Source: Octopus sinensis
Taxonomy: Eukaryota
Length of the DNA stretch: 37,833 nt
NCBI RefSeq assembly: GCF_006345805.1
Contig: NW_021835876.1
Coordinates: 1-37,833, forward strand
Direction of reading: 5' to 3'
Positions within the stretch are counted from its first letter, which is position 1. Every line of letters begins with the position of its first letter. The notes under the pieces were generated by a model, which had not been told where the DNA came from, searched no databases, and worked only from the letters and a program-made list of their open reading frames with translations. Shown piece by piece: positions 24,375-35,870 of this stretch. The position numbers and the translations under genes were made by a program.

Positions 24375-24545
24375 AATGTAATCCTTATTTATTCACATTG
24401 TTTTGGATTAATCATGCATTATCTCATAGCTTTGTGAGTTTGATAATGTGATTGTTTATTTGTAGAATGACATTGTAGGGTAGGTGTGAGAGACCAGATC
24501 TGGCCAGTTTGAACATAAACCAAGTAGAATATTTTTGCTAGATTA
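24375..24545 (-). mobile_element. piggyBac-like MITE fragment (same family as 16072-16555)
   Basis: Reverse complement contains atattctacttggtttatgttcaaactggccagatctgg...cctacaatgtcattc. Confidence 0.7.
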
Positions 24546-25384
24546 TATAACTTGGCAATCATCCTTTTAACATGCCGTTTCTCTGGTTTTATGGATTGGG
24601 GTGTTTATAAAATGGTGTCACATTTGAAAAGCTAGTATTAGAATTAAATAAGAAATAAAGCAAAAATAAAATGAAGTTCCATCTCTACTACTACTACTAC
24701 TACTACTACAATCATTGCCACTATGGCCTCCATCTTTACACTCATTGAGCCAATGAGGGAATATTTATGTTGGAGAAATGTCTGCCAAATTTCCCTTAAA
24801 TTATATGCTGTCTTTAAAAAGAAAGATGGCACATGAGATAATGTGGTTCAGGGTACATTATGCTTGAAAATTTGATGGGGTTTGACTCCCAAAGTATTTG
24901 TTATTCATTCTACATTACCAGCACTGTGTTTGAGATAAACATCAAGAGTGAAGAAGTCTAATTTGACCTGCTAGAAATAGCAATTAAGCTCCCGCGAATC
25001 ATGCCTGCTGAGCATACAAAAAAGACATCACATTAGATAGTGTACTCTTTAGTAGAATACGCCTGGAAATAAATGAGATTGCCATGGCTGGAATGCCTTT
25101 CATCAGAGTTGATCTGGTACTCAACAATGACACTAACACTTCATCTACCTCCAACTTATTTCTACAAAATTGATCAAATACTTTAAACATTGTCTTCTTG
25201 TGAGCTATTTCTACTACTCCATACTCCTCCTGTGCCAACACATTTTACAATGATCTCACAATATTTTTTGTAGCATCTTCAATGTTTAATGACTAGTCTG
25301 CTTCTCGTCTGGTATGTTTATTTCCGAGTCTCCTTTTCATTTAGATTATTCATCATCTAGATATTTACTTTACATTTAGTTCAT

Positions 25385-26030
25385 TTGATTTGTTCATCAT
25401 GCAGTCTGTTCATCACCTTGTCTGTTCATCATTCATGTTCATCATCCATGTCTCTTCATCATTCATATCTGTTCATCATCCATGTATGTTCTTTGCCCAT
25501 GTCTGGTCATTGCCCGTGTCCGTTCATTGCCCGTGTCCGTTCATTGCCCGTGTCCGTTCATTGCCCGTGTCCGTTCATTGCCCGTGTCCGTTCATTGCCA
25601 GTGTCCGTTCATTGCCCGTGTCCGTTCATTGCCCGTGTCCGTTCATTGCACGTGTCCGTTCATTGCCAGTGTCCGTTCACTGCTTATGTCTGTTCATCAT
25701 CCATACTTGTTCACTTGCCATGTCTGTTCACTCTCCATGCCTGTTCACCATCTGGTCTGTTTATTATCTTTTCCTCAGTCATTTGTGTCCTTTCACCACA
25801 TTTACCTTTTCACTATCTATTCTCCATCTGTATCCGTTCTCTGTCTATGTCTGTTTACTGTCTGTGTCTATTTACCGACCATATATGTTCATTGCCCAGT
25901 CTGATCGTTGTGTAGTCTTTTTTCCTTACAAGTCTGTTCACCACCTCATCAGCTTAAATCTAAAGAATTCTCTCTCTAGCCTATTTAACATATGTTCACG
26001 ATGTGTCCTGTTCACCATTTAGTCTGTTTC
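25385..26030. repeat. 17-bp minisatellite: 10 near-perfect units TTGCCCGTGTCCGTTCA (25510-25679) inside a degenerate array
   Basis: Unit read directly; the overlapping ORFs repeat every 17 codons (3 units). Confidence 0.95.
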
Positions 26031-26364
26031 TCATGTATGGAAGAATCATTGCCTGTACAACCTTTTTATGGCTTAACTTTTCATTGCATTACTTGCTTTT
26101 GATAAAGGCTTTTCTACTTCACATTATAAGTTTTTAAATTTTATATTATTGAAACAGGAAGTGTGTGTGTGTGTCAGAGGGAGAAAGAGAGAAAGTATCA
26201 GTTTGTCAGTGTCTCTTTCTGTGAAGCTATATGTCACAATATATCTTTATATTTGTCTCTAGGCCTATGTCTGTATCTATGATCTATATCAGTCTCAGTA
26301 TGTAATAGTATGTATATGCTTTATGTACTTGGGTACATTGTCAGTGTCTGTTCAAGGTAGCACC

Positions 26365-26398
<34 letters not shown>

Positions 26399-26736
26399 CT
26401 TGTCTGAGTGGGGGTTTTTTTTGTATAAATTCTCTGTTAAGTGTTTTCTGAACAAGCTCCTTTGATTTTGCTTTCTATGTGATGGCCTGAAGTATTGAGA
26501 TAAGATAGATGTCCTGCTAGATCAGATACTCAGAATGAATTCCATTATTAGAGGTAAAAGCATTCCATGATAAGTTGCTAGCGTTTTTGCCATTCTACTA
26601 AGAGTGAGGTGAGTGAAATCAAAAAGGTGTTGCTATCAATTCAAGAATAATTTTAATCTATTTTAACCAAAAACAGCTTACAAAAGAAAACCATTATATA
26701 GTATACCATTGTGCGTTTTTATACATATGTATATAT

Positions 26737-27070
26737 AGGTGCAGGAGTGGTTGTGTGGTAAGTAGCTTGCTTACCAACTACATGGTTCTGGGCTCAGTCC
26801 CACTGCATGGCACCTTGAGCAAATGTCTTCTAATGTGGCCTCAGGCCAACCAAAGCCTTGTGAGTGGATTTGGTAGATGGAAATTTAAAGAAGTATGTCA
26901 TATATATATATATATATGTTTGTGTGTCTGTGTTTGTCCCCCCAACATTGCTTGACAGCCATAACTTAGCAGGTCAGCAAAAGCGACCGATAGAGTAAGT
27001 ACTAGGTTTACAAAGAATAAGTCCTAGGGTCGATTTCTTCGACTAAAGCTAGTGCTACAGCATGGCTGCA
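26737..27070 (+). mobile_element. SINE family A
   Basis: Colinear with 7148-7562 with a short internal deletion. Confidence 0.85.
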
Positions 27071-27410
27071 TGGGTTGGATGGTTAGACTGAGAACAGGCA
27101 AGCCAGGCTCCAATCTGATTTGGCAAGGTTTCTACAACTGGCTGCCCTTCCTAACGCTAACCACTCCAAGAGTGTAGTGGGTGCATTTACGTGCCACCAG
27201 CACATGAGCCAGTCAGGTGGCACTGGCATCAGCCATGCTTGAATGGTGTTTTTTATGTGCCGCTGGCACAGTTGCCAGTCAGGCAGCACTAGCATTGGCT
27301 ATGCTTTAATGGTGCATTTTATGAGCCACCAGAAGGGGTGCCAGTCAGGTGGTACTGGCATTGGCCACAACTACGATTTCACTTGGTACAACAGGTCTTC
27401 ACAAGCATGA
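27071..27410 (-). mobile_element. SINE family C
   Basis: gcatgggttggatgg...ggctgcccttcctaacgctaaccac, followed by internal gccaccagca units. Confidence 0.8.
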
Positions 27411-27450
27411 CATATTACCCAACAATTGTAAGGTATCTTTCAATGGGTCA

Positions 27451-27536
27451 GTTATGGGGATGTAAACACACCACCATCAGTTGTCAAGCAATGTTGGGAT
27501 ACACGCACACACATGCACACACACGCACACAAACAT

Positions 27537-27583
<47 letters not shown>

Positions 27584-27733
27584 TGATGGGCTTCTTTCAT
27601 TTTCAGTCTACCAAATCCACTCACAAGGCTTTGCTCGGCCCAAGGCTATAGTAGAAGACACTTGCCCAAGTTGTCACACAGTGGGACTGAACACAGAACC
27701 ATGTGATTGGGAAGCAAGCTACTTACCACGCAG
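27451..27733 (-). mobile_element. SINE family A (tail truncated)
   Basis: Reverse complement matches the head and core of 7148-7562. Confidence 0.85.
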
Positions 27734-27927
27734 TAATATTCATTTTCGATCGGCCCTGTTATCAATCATGGGGAGATATTACAACCCTATGAAATTGGTA
27801 AGGGTTGCTGACAGGAAAGACATTTTACAATAGAAAAATTTGCCCCACAAGGTCTTTCTGACTCGTACAAGTAGAGAAAAATGGATGATAAAACAATGGT
27901 GATATCTATCTATCTATATATATATAT

Positions 27928-28312
27928 AAGTAGCTTGCTTACCAACCATATGGTTCTGGGTTGAGTCCCACTGCATGGCACCTTGGGCAAGTGTTTTCTA
28001 CTATAGTCTCGGGCCAACCAAATCCTTATGAGTGGATTTGGTAGACGGAAACTGAAAGAAGCCTGTCGTATATATATGTATATATATATATATATATAAT
28101 ATATATGTGTGTGTGTTTGTGTCTGTGTTTGTCCCCCCACCATAGCTTGAGAACTGATGTTGGTTTGTTCACATCCCTGTAACTTAGCAGTTCGGCAAAG
28201 ATACTGATAAAATAAGTACTGAGCTTACAAAGAATAAGTCCTGGGGTCAATTTGTCGACAAAAGGCGATGCTCCAGCATGGTGGCAGTCAAATGACTGGA
28301 ACAAATAAAAGA

Positions 28313-28314
<2 letters not shown>
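27928..28314 (+). mobile_element. SINE family A (slightly 5' truncated)
   Basis: aagtagcttgcttaccaacc...gatgctccagcatggtggcagtcaaatgactgg. Confidence 0.85.
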
Positions 28315-28363
<49 letters not shown>

Positions 28364-29439
28364 GAGTGGTTGTCTTGTGTGTGTTTAAGATTAACTAAGA
28401 AATACATAAGCCATCTAAGAATTAGTTTTAAGCTTTAAAACCAATAATGTTTGTCATTGAGACTAGACATAATTTATCAAACTGACAGGAATTTCTTTGT
28501 GAAGTCTTCATCAGCATCCCCTGGGAACCGGTGCTGTGAGTGGGCAGTATAGGTATTAGCTTGTATCAATTCCCTTGTTGTGTAATTATGTTATCTCCCT
28601 TTGTCTTCTGAGTTTGTATTCCACTGTGGTTTACATCATTCACTTGGTTGCTGTTGTGTTTTTTCTTATTTCTTACTTAACCCCGGGTCAGTCTTGATTG
28701 AACGCATCTATGATCAAAGGCATTGCAGCTGTGATCGTCTTGTCATATTCATTTCAAAATTTGGCACAAAGTTTCAGGTATGGTGGAGTAAGTTGATTAC
28801 ATTGACCCTAGTGTATCACTAGTACTTATTTTATCGAACCCCACTACTAAACAAAAAGTTATGAAAGGCAAAGTCGGCCTCGGCAGAATTTAAACTATGT
28901 ACATAAAGGTGCACAAAATGCCCCCATAAGCATTTTCAATGGTGTTCTAATGATTCTGTCAGATCACCACTTTCGATTATCTTGTCGCTGTATTTAACAC
29001 AGAAATATGGGTTTTCAAAGAAATTTAGCTGTTATTTCTAGCCAGTTGAGATGCGTTAGTTTCTAACTTTCCCTTTCATCTCACTGATTTTAGGAATTAA
29101 TTGTATTCTTTATCACCAAAATTTGTGGCTTGAGCCAATCATCTGATTATGAAGTTCATTTCACAACCATGTGTTTTCAAGTTAGAAGCAACTATTTTTA
29201 TTATTAGGAATTATTATAAGGTGATGTTAGAATACTAGGCAAGATGCTTAGCAGAGTTTCGTCCTTCAGTGTTCAAATTCCACTGAGATCAACTTAGTGG
29301 TTTTTGGCGGGGCTGATAAAATTTTCCTCATATAACGTTCATCATCCATGCTGGCATAGGTTGGAAATATGTGCTAGTTGTTTTAGTTTTCGTATTTTCC
29401 AGTGGTGTTCTCTGTCTATTGTTTTAACATCATCCTACT

Positions 29440-29508
29440 AACAAGATGACATATATCCATCAAATGTAAATAATGTACATAATTCCTCATCTCTCAAATA
29501 CAGAACTG
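29440..29508 (+). mobile_element. 5'-truncated 3' end of the hammerhead-SINE/PLE-tail family
   Basis: aacaagatgacatatatccatcaaatgtaaataatgtacataattcctcatctctcaaatacagaactg matches about 17106-17176. Confidence 0.75.
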
Positions 29509-30479
29509 AACTACTGTTGATGTGTTTATATCACTTTAAATTTAAAGCAAAGGTTGCGGTTGAAAACAGTAAATAAAAGTCAAGCAGAGAGGTTTAATGT
29601 AAGGCACTATAAACCTTCGCTACAGATGTGTGCTTGTTAAGAAACTATTGTGTTCCTTGCCTTTAGTTATTGTTTATAGGGATCAAAACCCTTGAAAAAA
29701 AATGGTGTGAGTCTAAAAATATAATCAATGATAAGGTCAGCTAAAGACTATTTTTTTTCTTCACTTTTTCTGCTTAAGAAAGGTTACCAAAATATTGATA
29801 AGAGTGTGCGGGGGGTCTTGTGAAGGTATGAGGGTTACTAAAACTGCTTACATTCCCACCATGGTATTTGTCCATCCTACTCCTTCACCTACACACATAC
29901 ATTAACATACACACACACGCACACACACTCACACATGTGCATATACACTTGCCTACCTTGTTTTTGAGTGCTTCCAGCCAAAGAAATGTCCTCAATTCAC
30001 AGTGTGAATCTCTGCTAGTCAACCAGATGTCGAGTATATATCATCCAAAATATGTGACTGTGTATGTTTATAATGTAATTTACGTGTGTGTGTGTATATA
30101 TATATATATGTATGTGTGTGTATGTGTACAGGTATGGCTTTGTACTAATGTATATTTAGAGATGTATGCTTAGTGATAATTATTATCTCTGCCTTAGAGA
30201 AGCAAATTACCTTGTGGTATTTAATTATAATCCTTTACATTTTGTGTTCAAATCCTTCCAAAGTACCTGTCAAGTACTGGTACTTAAAATAAACTTTTAC
30301 CCTTTCTGTTTACTAAATTCTTGTTTTATTCCTATGTAGTTAATAATAATAATAATAATGATAATCATAATAATTCTTTCTAATTTTGGCTGAAGGCCAG
30401 CAATTTCAAGAGATGGAACAACTTGGTTACATTGACCCTAATGCTTAGCTGGTACTTATTTTTATTGACCCTGAATGCT

Positions 30480-30805
30480 TGACTGGTACCTGTGCTGCCA
30501 GTTGCATGTAAAAAGCACCATTCAAGCATGGCCGATGTCTGTGCCACCTGAGTGGCACCCATACCAGTGGCATATAAAAAATATAAAAAGCACCATTTGA
30601 TGCCATTGTCACCTGAGTGGCTCCTGTAATGGTGCCACATAAAAACTCTCGCTACACTCTTGGAATGGTTGACATTAAGAAGGGCATCAAGCTGTAGAAA
30701 CTTTGCCAAATCAGATTGGAGCTTGGTACAGTTTCCCGGTTTGCCATTTCTCAGTCAAACCATTCCACCCATGCCAGCATGGAAAGCGAACATTAGATGA
30801 TGATG
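30480..30805 (+). mobile_element. SINE family C
   Basis: gaagggcatcaagctgtagaaac...gccagcatggaaagcgaacattagatgatgatga. Confidence 0.8.
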
Positions 30806-31327
30806 AAGGCTAAAGTTGGTCTCGGTGGAATTTGAACTCTGAACATGAAGACGGACAAAATACTGTTAAGCATTTTACCTGGCACACTAACAATTTTGCC
30901 AGCTCACCAACTCATAACTAATTAATTATCCTTTCTTATATAGACACAGGGCCTGAAATTTTAGGAGAGGAGTTAAGCTGGTTATTTCAGCCCCCACTGC
31001 TCAACTGGTACTTCTTTTATTGAAAAGCAAAGTTAACCTTAGCTTAATTTGAACTCAGAACATAAAGACAGATGAAATACCGCTAAGCATTTCACTCGGC
31101 GTGCTAACGTTTCTGCCAGCTCGCCGCCTTAAAATATTCTTTTCTACTCTAGGTACAAGGCCCGAAATTTTGGGGTAGGCGGCCAGTCAATTAGATCAAC
31201 CTCAGTGTGCAACTGGGACTTTATTGACCCCACCCCAAGGATGAAAGTCAACCTTGGCGGGATTTGAATTCAGAATGTAAAAACAGACGAAATACCACTA
31301 AGCATTTTACCCAGTGTGCTAACGATT
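30805..31327 (-). mobile_element. Three head-to-tail SINE family B copies
   Basis: The reverse-complement head (aagcattt..cc..gc.c.ctaac..tt.tgc.a.ctc) occurs at about 30870-30905, 31085-31128 and 31300-31340. Confidence 0.75.
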
Positions 31328-31362
31328 CTGCTATCTCACTGCCTTCTTAATAGTAATAATAA

Positions 31363-31690
31363 TCAGTCATCATTATCGTCATACGTCCATTGTCCATGCT
31401 GGCATAGGTTGGACGGTTTGACCACGGCTGGCAAGCTGGAAGGCTGCACCAGACTCCAGTCTGATTTAGCATGGTTTTATACAGCTGGATGTCCTTCCTA
31501 ATGCCAGCAACTCCAAGGGCGTAATGGGTGCTGTTATTTGCCACCGGCACGGATGCCATTTGCGTGACAGCGGTATCTACTACAACTGCGATTTTACATG
31601 GGTTGATGGGTCTTCTTCTCAAGCATGGCATAATGTCAAATGGATTCGGTCATTGCCTTTGTGAGGCCCAACACTCGAAGCCTGGCATAA
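31363..31690 (-). mobile_element. SINE family C
   Basis: tcatcattatcgtcatacgtccattgtccatgctggcatagg...gggtcttcttctcaagcatggcataatg. Confidence 0.8.
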
Positions 31691-31856
31691 TGCCAAATTG
31701 TCTCAGTTCAGACAAAAGCTAGTCAGAGTTGAATTTGCTGCTTCTATCTTCAATCACTGGTAAATAAATTCTAGTGTTAATCTGAGGTTGGCTTATTCTG
31801 TTGTAATTCTATCATGCAAAACTGCAGTAATACACCAACGTATGACTTATTTTTTA

Positions 31857-32307
31857 TTAACCCTTTCGTTACTGTATTTATTTGGAGATGCTCTGTCTGT
31901 CTTTCAATTACTTTAACCCTTTTATTAGCAATCCTACTGAAATCAGCTCTGGCTCTGAGTATAAATGTCTTATTTTCATAAGTTTTGAATTAAAATCTTC
32001 CACCAAACCTTAATCATAGTTTATGTTCCTAACACTAGCTGAATGATAACTAAGTTATTTTCCTAAATTCTTTGTTATATTAACCCTTTCATTACTGTAT
32101 ATATTTTGAGATACTCTGTGTTTCTTTCAATTACTTTAAATATAACAAAGAATTTAGTAAAATAACTTAGTTATCATTACGCTAGTGTTAGGAACATAAA
32201 TTGTGACTAAGGTTTAGTGGAAGATTTTAATTCAAAGCTTATGAAAATAAGACATTTGTACTCAGAGCCAGAGCCGGTTTCAGCCAGGTTGATAACGAAA
32301 GATCTAA
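31857..32307. mobile_element. Nest of three piggyBac-like MITE copies at TTAA sites
   Basis: TTAACCCTTT at 31857, 31913 and 32080; 31913-32080 is the opposite-orientation copy; 32080-32307 is a complete copy ending gataacgaaagatctaa. Confidence 0.8.
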
Positions 32308-32427
32308 GGTGATAGAGCAGAAAAGATGGTGGAGTATCAGTGATGACAATGGAGAATTATGTTCAATGTTTCTTACTAAATTAGGGTTATGAAATACAGA
32401 GTATACTTAATTGAAATTAAGATACAA

Positions 32428-32730
32428 ATCATCATTTAACGACTGTTGTCCATGCTGGCATGGGTTGGATAGTTTGACTGAGGACTGGCAAGCCAGGAGG
32501 CTGCACCAGACTCCAATCTGATCTGGTAAGATTTCTACAGCTGGATTTCCTTTCTAATGCCAACCACTTGGAGAGTGTAGTGGGTGCCTTTTACATTCCA
32601 CAGGCATGAGAGCCAGTCAGGTGACACTGGTATCGACCACACTCATATGGTACTTTTTATGTACCACTGGCATGGCAGTGAGTCAGGCGGCACTGTCTCG
32701 AATGGTGCTTCTTACATGCCACCAAACGTT
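32428..32730 (-). mobile_element. SINE family C
   Basis: atcatcatttaacgactgttgtccatgctggcatgggttgg...ctacagctggatttcctttctaatgccaacc. Confidence 0.8.
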
Positions 32731-32869
32731 TCACCATTGCTGCTTACGGGTACTCAACGCTGGATGTTTCAAGAGCATTTGAATGTTTTACTACAAGAGA
32801 TCCTTAGGGTTAAACTTTGTTTTCTGTTACAGAGAGCAAATGTTTGATCTTAATTTTCATTTCAGTTGG

Positions 32870-33182
32870 CCCTCATTTGGTTACGGCGATGAGGGTTCCT
32901 GTTGATTCAATCAACAGAATAACCTGCTCATGAAATTAATATGCTAGTGGCTGAGTACATCTTAAATGCACACATCCTTAACATAGTTCTGAGGGAGATT
33001 CAGTGTGACACAGAATGGGACTAGGCTGGTCCCTTTAAATTACAGGTACAACTCATTTTTGACAGCTGGACTGGAAATATATGAAATAAAGTGTTTTGCT
33101 CAAGGAAACATGAGGTCCGGAATTGAACTCATGACCTTAGAATCAAGAGCCAAATACCCTAACCACTATGCTGCACATCTTC
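32870..33182 (-). mobile_element. tRNA-head SINE (family E)
   Basis: gagattcagtgtgacacagaatg...aattgaactcatgacc...taaccactatgctgcacatcttcac matches 17700-17975. Confidence 0.75.
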
Positions 33183-33269
33183 ACATACACACATATAGAA
33201 TTAAAATGCAAACACAGTATTGTAACAATTTTAGGTTAGAAAGGTAAAAAACAAGATATTCATTACTGA

Positions 33270-33330
33270 AACACACACACACACACTCTCTCTCTCTTTC
33301 TCTCTCTCTCTCTTTCACTCTCTCTCTCTT

Positions 33331-33395
<65 letters not shown>
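33270..33395. repeat. (CA)n + (CT)n microsatellite with periodic TTTC interruptions
   Basis: Direct inspection. Confidence 0.95.
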
Positions 33396-33444
33396 ACGTA
33401 TATACAAACACACTCGTACATCCTATAGAATTCTGTGTACCAAA

Positions 33445-33476
<32 letters not shown>

Positions 33477-33854
33477 AGCAGTAGAAAGCAAAACAGATGG
33501 CATATGAAGTCCACATGTTGTAGTCTTTATTTTGATTCTCTGTACTTTCTCAAGTGTCTTCACATCAAACTGAGACTCCCAAGACTTTTCTTGTTGCTTT
33601 TGTGCTTCATGAACTCTTCATATCCTTTGTGTGTTTGTGTATGTCACTTTTAGAGAACCCCCCCTGGGTTAATAAGATCCCAGCAAAGCTCTGGGGTCAA
33701 TGCCATTGCCTAATTCCCTCCCCTCAAAATTCTTGGCCTTCTGCCTTAACCAGAAATCATCATCATCATCATCATCATCATTATTATTATTGTTATTATT
33801 ATTATTATTATGAAGATGATGATCATTCTTCTTCTATTATTATTATTATTATGC

Positions 33855-34130
33855 TAAGGCAGTGAAATGGCAGAATCATTAGCATGTCAGACAAAGTACT
33901 TAGCAGTAATTCGCCCATCTTACTGTTCTGAGTTCAAATTCAGCCGAGATTGACTTTGCCTTTCATCCTTTAGGGGGTCGATAAATTAAGTACCAGTGAA
34001 ACAGTGGGGTCGATGTGATCAACTAGTCTCCTCCCCCAAAATTTCAGCCCTTGTGCTTATAGTAGAAGGTATTATTATTGTTGTTGTTATTAATATTATT
34101 GTTATTATTGTTATTATTATTGTTATTATT
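33855..34130 (+). mobile_element. SINE family B with (ATT/GTT)n tail
   Basis: aaggcagtgaaatggcagaatcattagc...gagttcaaattcagccgagattgactttgcctttcatcc. Confidence 0.85.
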
Positions 34131-34133
34131 GTG

Positions 34134-34171
34134 CTAACATACTTTCTTTTTTTCTTTTCGTTTAGGTAAGT
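34134..34171 (+). promoter_or_regulatory. Candidate recursive splice site (3' splice site directly followed by a 5' splice site)
   Basis: Branch motif tgCTAAC (A at 34137), tract ctttctttttttcttttcgttt, AG at 34164-34165, then GTAAGT at 34166-34171; no other AG for about 95 nt upstream. Confidence 0.55.
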
Positions 34172-34885
34172 ACCATCTTTATTGAGGTTTGAAGTTAACA
34201 TGCTTGCTTTATTGGTAAGATATACATTTCCTCTTACATATTTTGCCATTTGATATGGCTGTATGAAAAAAAATTAGAGAAAGCACTGCAATAATGAAAT
34301 AAAGAAATGAATTATATCTGTATGTACATACAATGGAAACTGCTTACGATAATGAGGAATAATTTTATTGATGTTCGCCAGACCTAAATGCTTTATTTAA
34401 AACGTTTAACACATTGCCTGCCATGAGCCCCATTTGGGGATCCGCTAAAGACAGCCTCATTGCTAGTAGTCCGTTGTATTTAAAGTGAATTGCTTATGCA
34501 CATTGCATTTACAGAGGTGTGTTTAACAATATTTAACACTTAAAGTTTGTCCTTATTAGCTCTGGTTAATTCTAGAGGACATTTTATGTCATAAATCGCA
34601 ATTTTTGAAATACAAAAATATTGACTGTTTTGAAAACGTTTTTTTTTTTTTTTTTTTGCCTTTCCCATCTATATCATTTCCCATCTATATCTATTTCATA
34701 CACAATTGCATTTTATACAATAGTTTCAAATAAACTAAAATTTTTATTATTGGAATTGAATAGAAAAAGATAAATATACTTTTATTCAGTGATCACCATT
34801 TGGGACTTTTCCAAATATTTATCATAATTTCCACAATAATTCACATATGAAGAAAATTTAAATAGTATATATATTAAACAGTTCT

Positions 34886-35407
34886 ACGGGCATATGGTGT
34901 AGTGGCTAAGAGTGCAGGATACCAATCTCAAGATTCTGAGTTCGATTTCTGGCAGTGACCTGAATAATAATAATAATAATATCAAAAAATACCTTAGAAT
35001 GAGAACTCAGGTTCAAAATTTTCCCAAGACACATGATGAAGGCTGGAAGGTATATCAGCTGAAACGTTGTTAACAAGAAACAAAATGAGGACAATAATAA
35101 ATCTTAGAGCTAGTTATAAACAGTAGCTGCAACACATCATGACGTATATTTGCCATTTAAATATGGCTAACCCCTAAGGGTGGATGCTACTGTAGTTTGT
35201 AGCCACAGGAGGACATCTCCTCCAGCTTGCTATAGACTTCCCTTTGCAAATACTGATAGGGCACAGATAGTGTGTCTATAGCCAGCTGGAGGAGATGTCC
35301 TCCTGGGGCTACAAACTACAGTAGCATCCACCCTTAGGGGTTAGCCATATTTAAATGGCAAATATACGTCAAAATGAGGACAATATCCGTCAATTGTAAA
35401 TAATGTA
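34886..35407 (+). mobile_element. tRNA-head hammerhead SINE (copy 2) interrupted by a hairpin element
   Basis: gggcatatggtgtagtgg (A box), gagttcgatttc (B box), motif gacac ATGATGA a ggctg...cagct GAAA cgtt at 35028-35070; tail resumes at 35371. Confidence 0.8.
35141..35370. mobile_element. MITE-like foldback element with 97-bp terminal inverted repeats
   Basis: 35141-35237 equals the reverse complement of 35274-35370 with 2 mismatches; 36-nt spacer. Confidence 0.85.
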
Positions 35408-35708
35408 GTATATGTTATTTTAACTCCTAAAGCACGTGGCAAAGCCAAAAAATATGAATAAAAAAACATTTGGCAGTTATTGGGATAATCAATGAATTGT
35501 TGTTACTGAAAAAGGTTTCTTCCCTAAATTACCACAATAAGTAGTTTCCACCCTCACTGTGCATGTGCATTTGGCTGTAAAATTAGATCATTAATTTTCT
35601 CACCTGAAGTGAGATTCTCAGGTATACAGTTATCTCTTGCCATATCGTGGTTCACCTATTGTGCACTCAGTACATCATGGATTTTTCTGGCTAATAAATG
35701 TAAATTTA

Positions 35709-35870
35709 CAGTTCTATATTTAAGAGATGAGGAATTATGTACATTTAACCACTACACCATATGCCCACGGGCATATGGCATAGTGTTTAAGAGTGCGGGC
35801 TAGTAACCCCAAGATTCTGAATTTGATTCCAGGCAGTGGCTTGAATAATAGTAATAGTAATAATAATAAT
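35709..35870. mobile_element. Rearranged hammerhead-SINE family copy: inverted tail, inverted head, forward head
   Basis: cagttctatatttaagagatgaggaattatgtacatt (reverse-complement tail), then aaccactacaccatatgccc (reverse-complement head), then acgggcatatggcatagtg...gattccaggcagtg (forward head). Confidence 0.75.

Noticed and set aside
24999-25300. Minus-strand ORF with KVFD...KLEVDEVLV
   Set aside because: Only faint resemblance to the RTE RT motif KAFD...KLGVDEWLV; too weak to call either a LINE remnant or an exon.
25385-26022. ORFs of 140-210 aa with Cys/Pro-rich 17-aa repeats
   Set aside because: A 17-bp unit read through all three frames; a minisatellite, not a repeat protein. Also not CRISPR, as there are no spacers.
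35590-35625. Minus-strand cttcAG|GTGAGA recursive-site-like motif
   Set aside because: Short pyrimidine tract, AGs immediately upstream and no branch consensus; much weaker than 34165.
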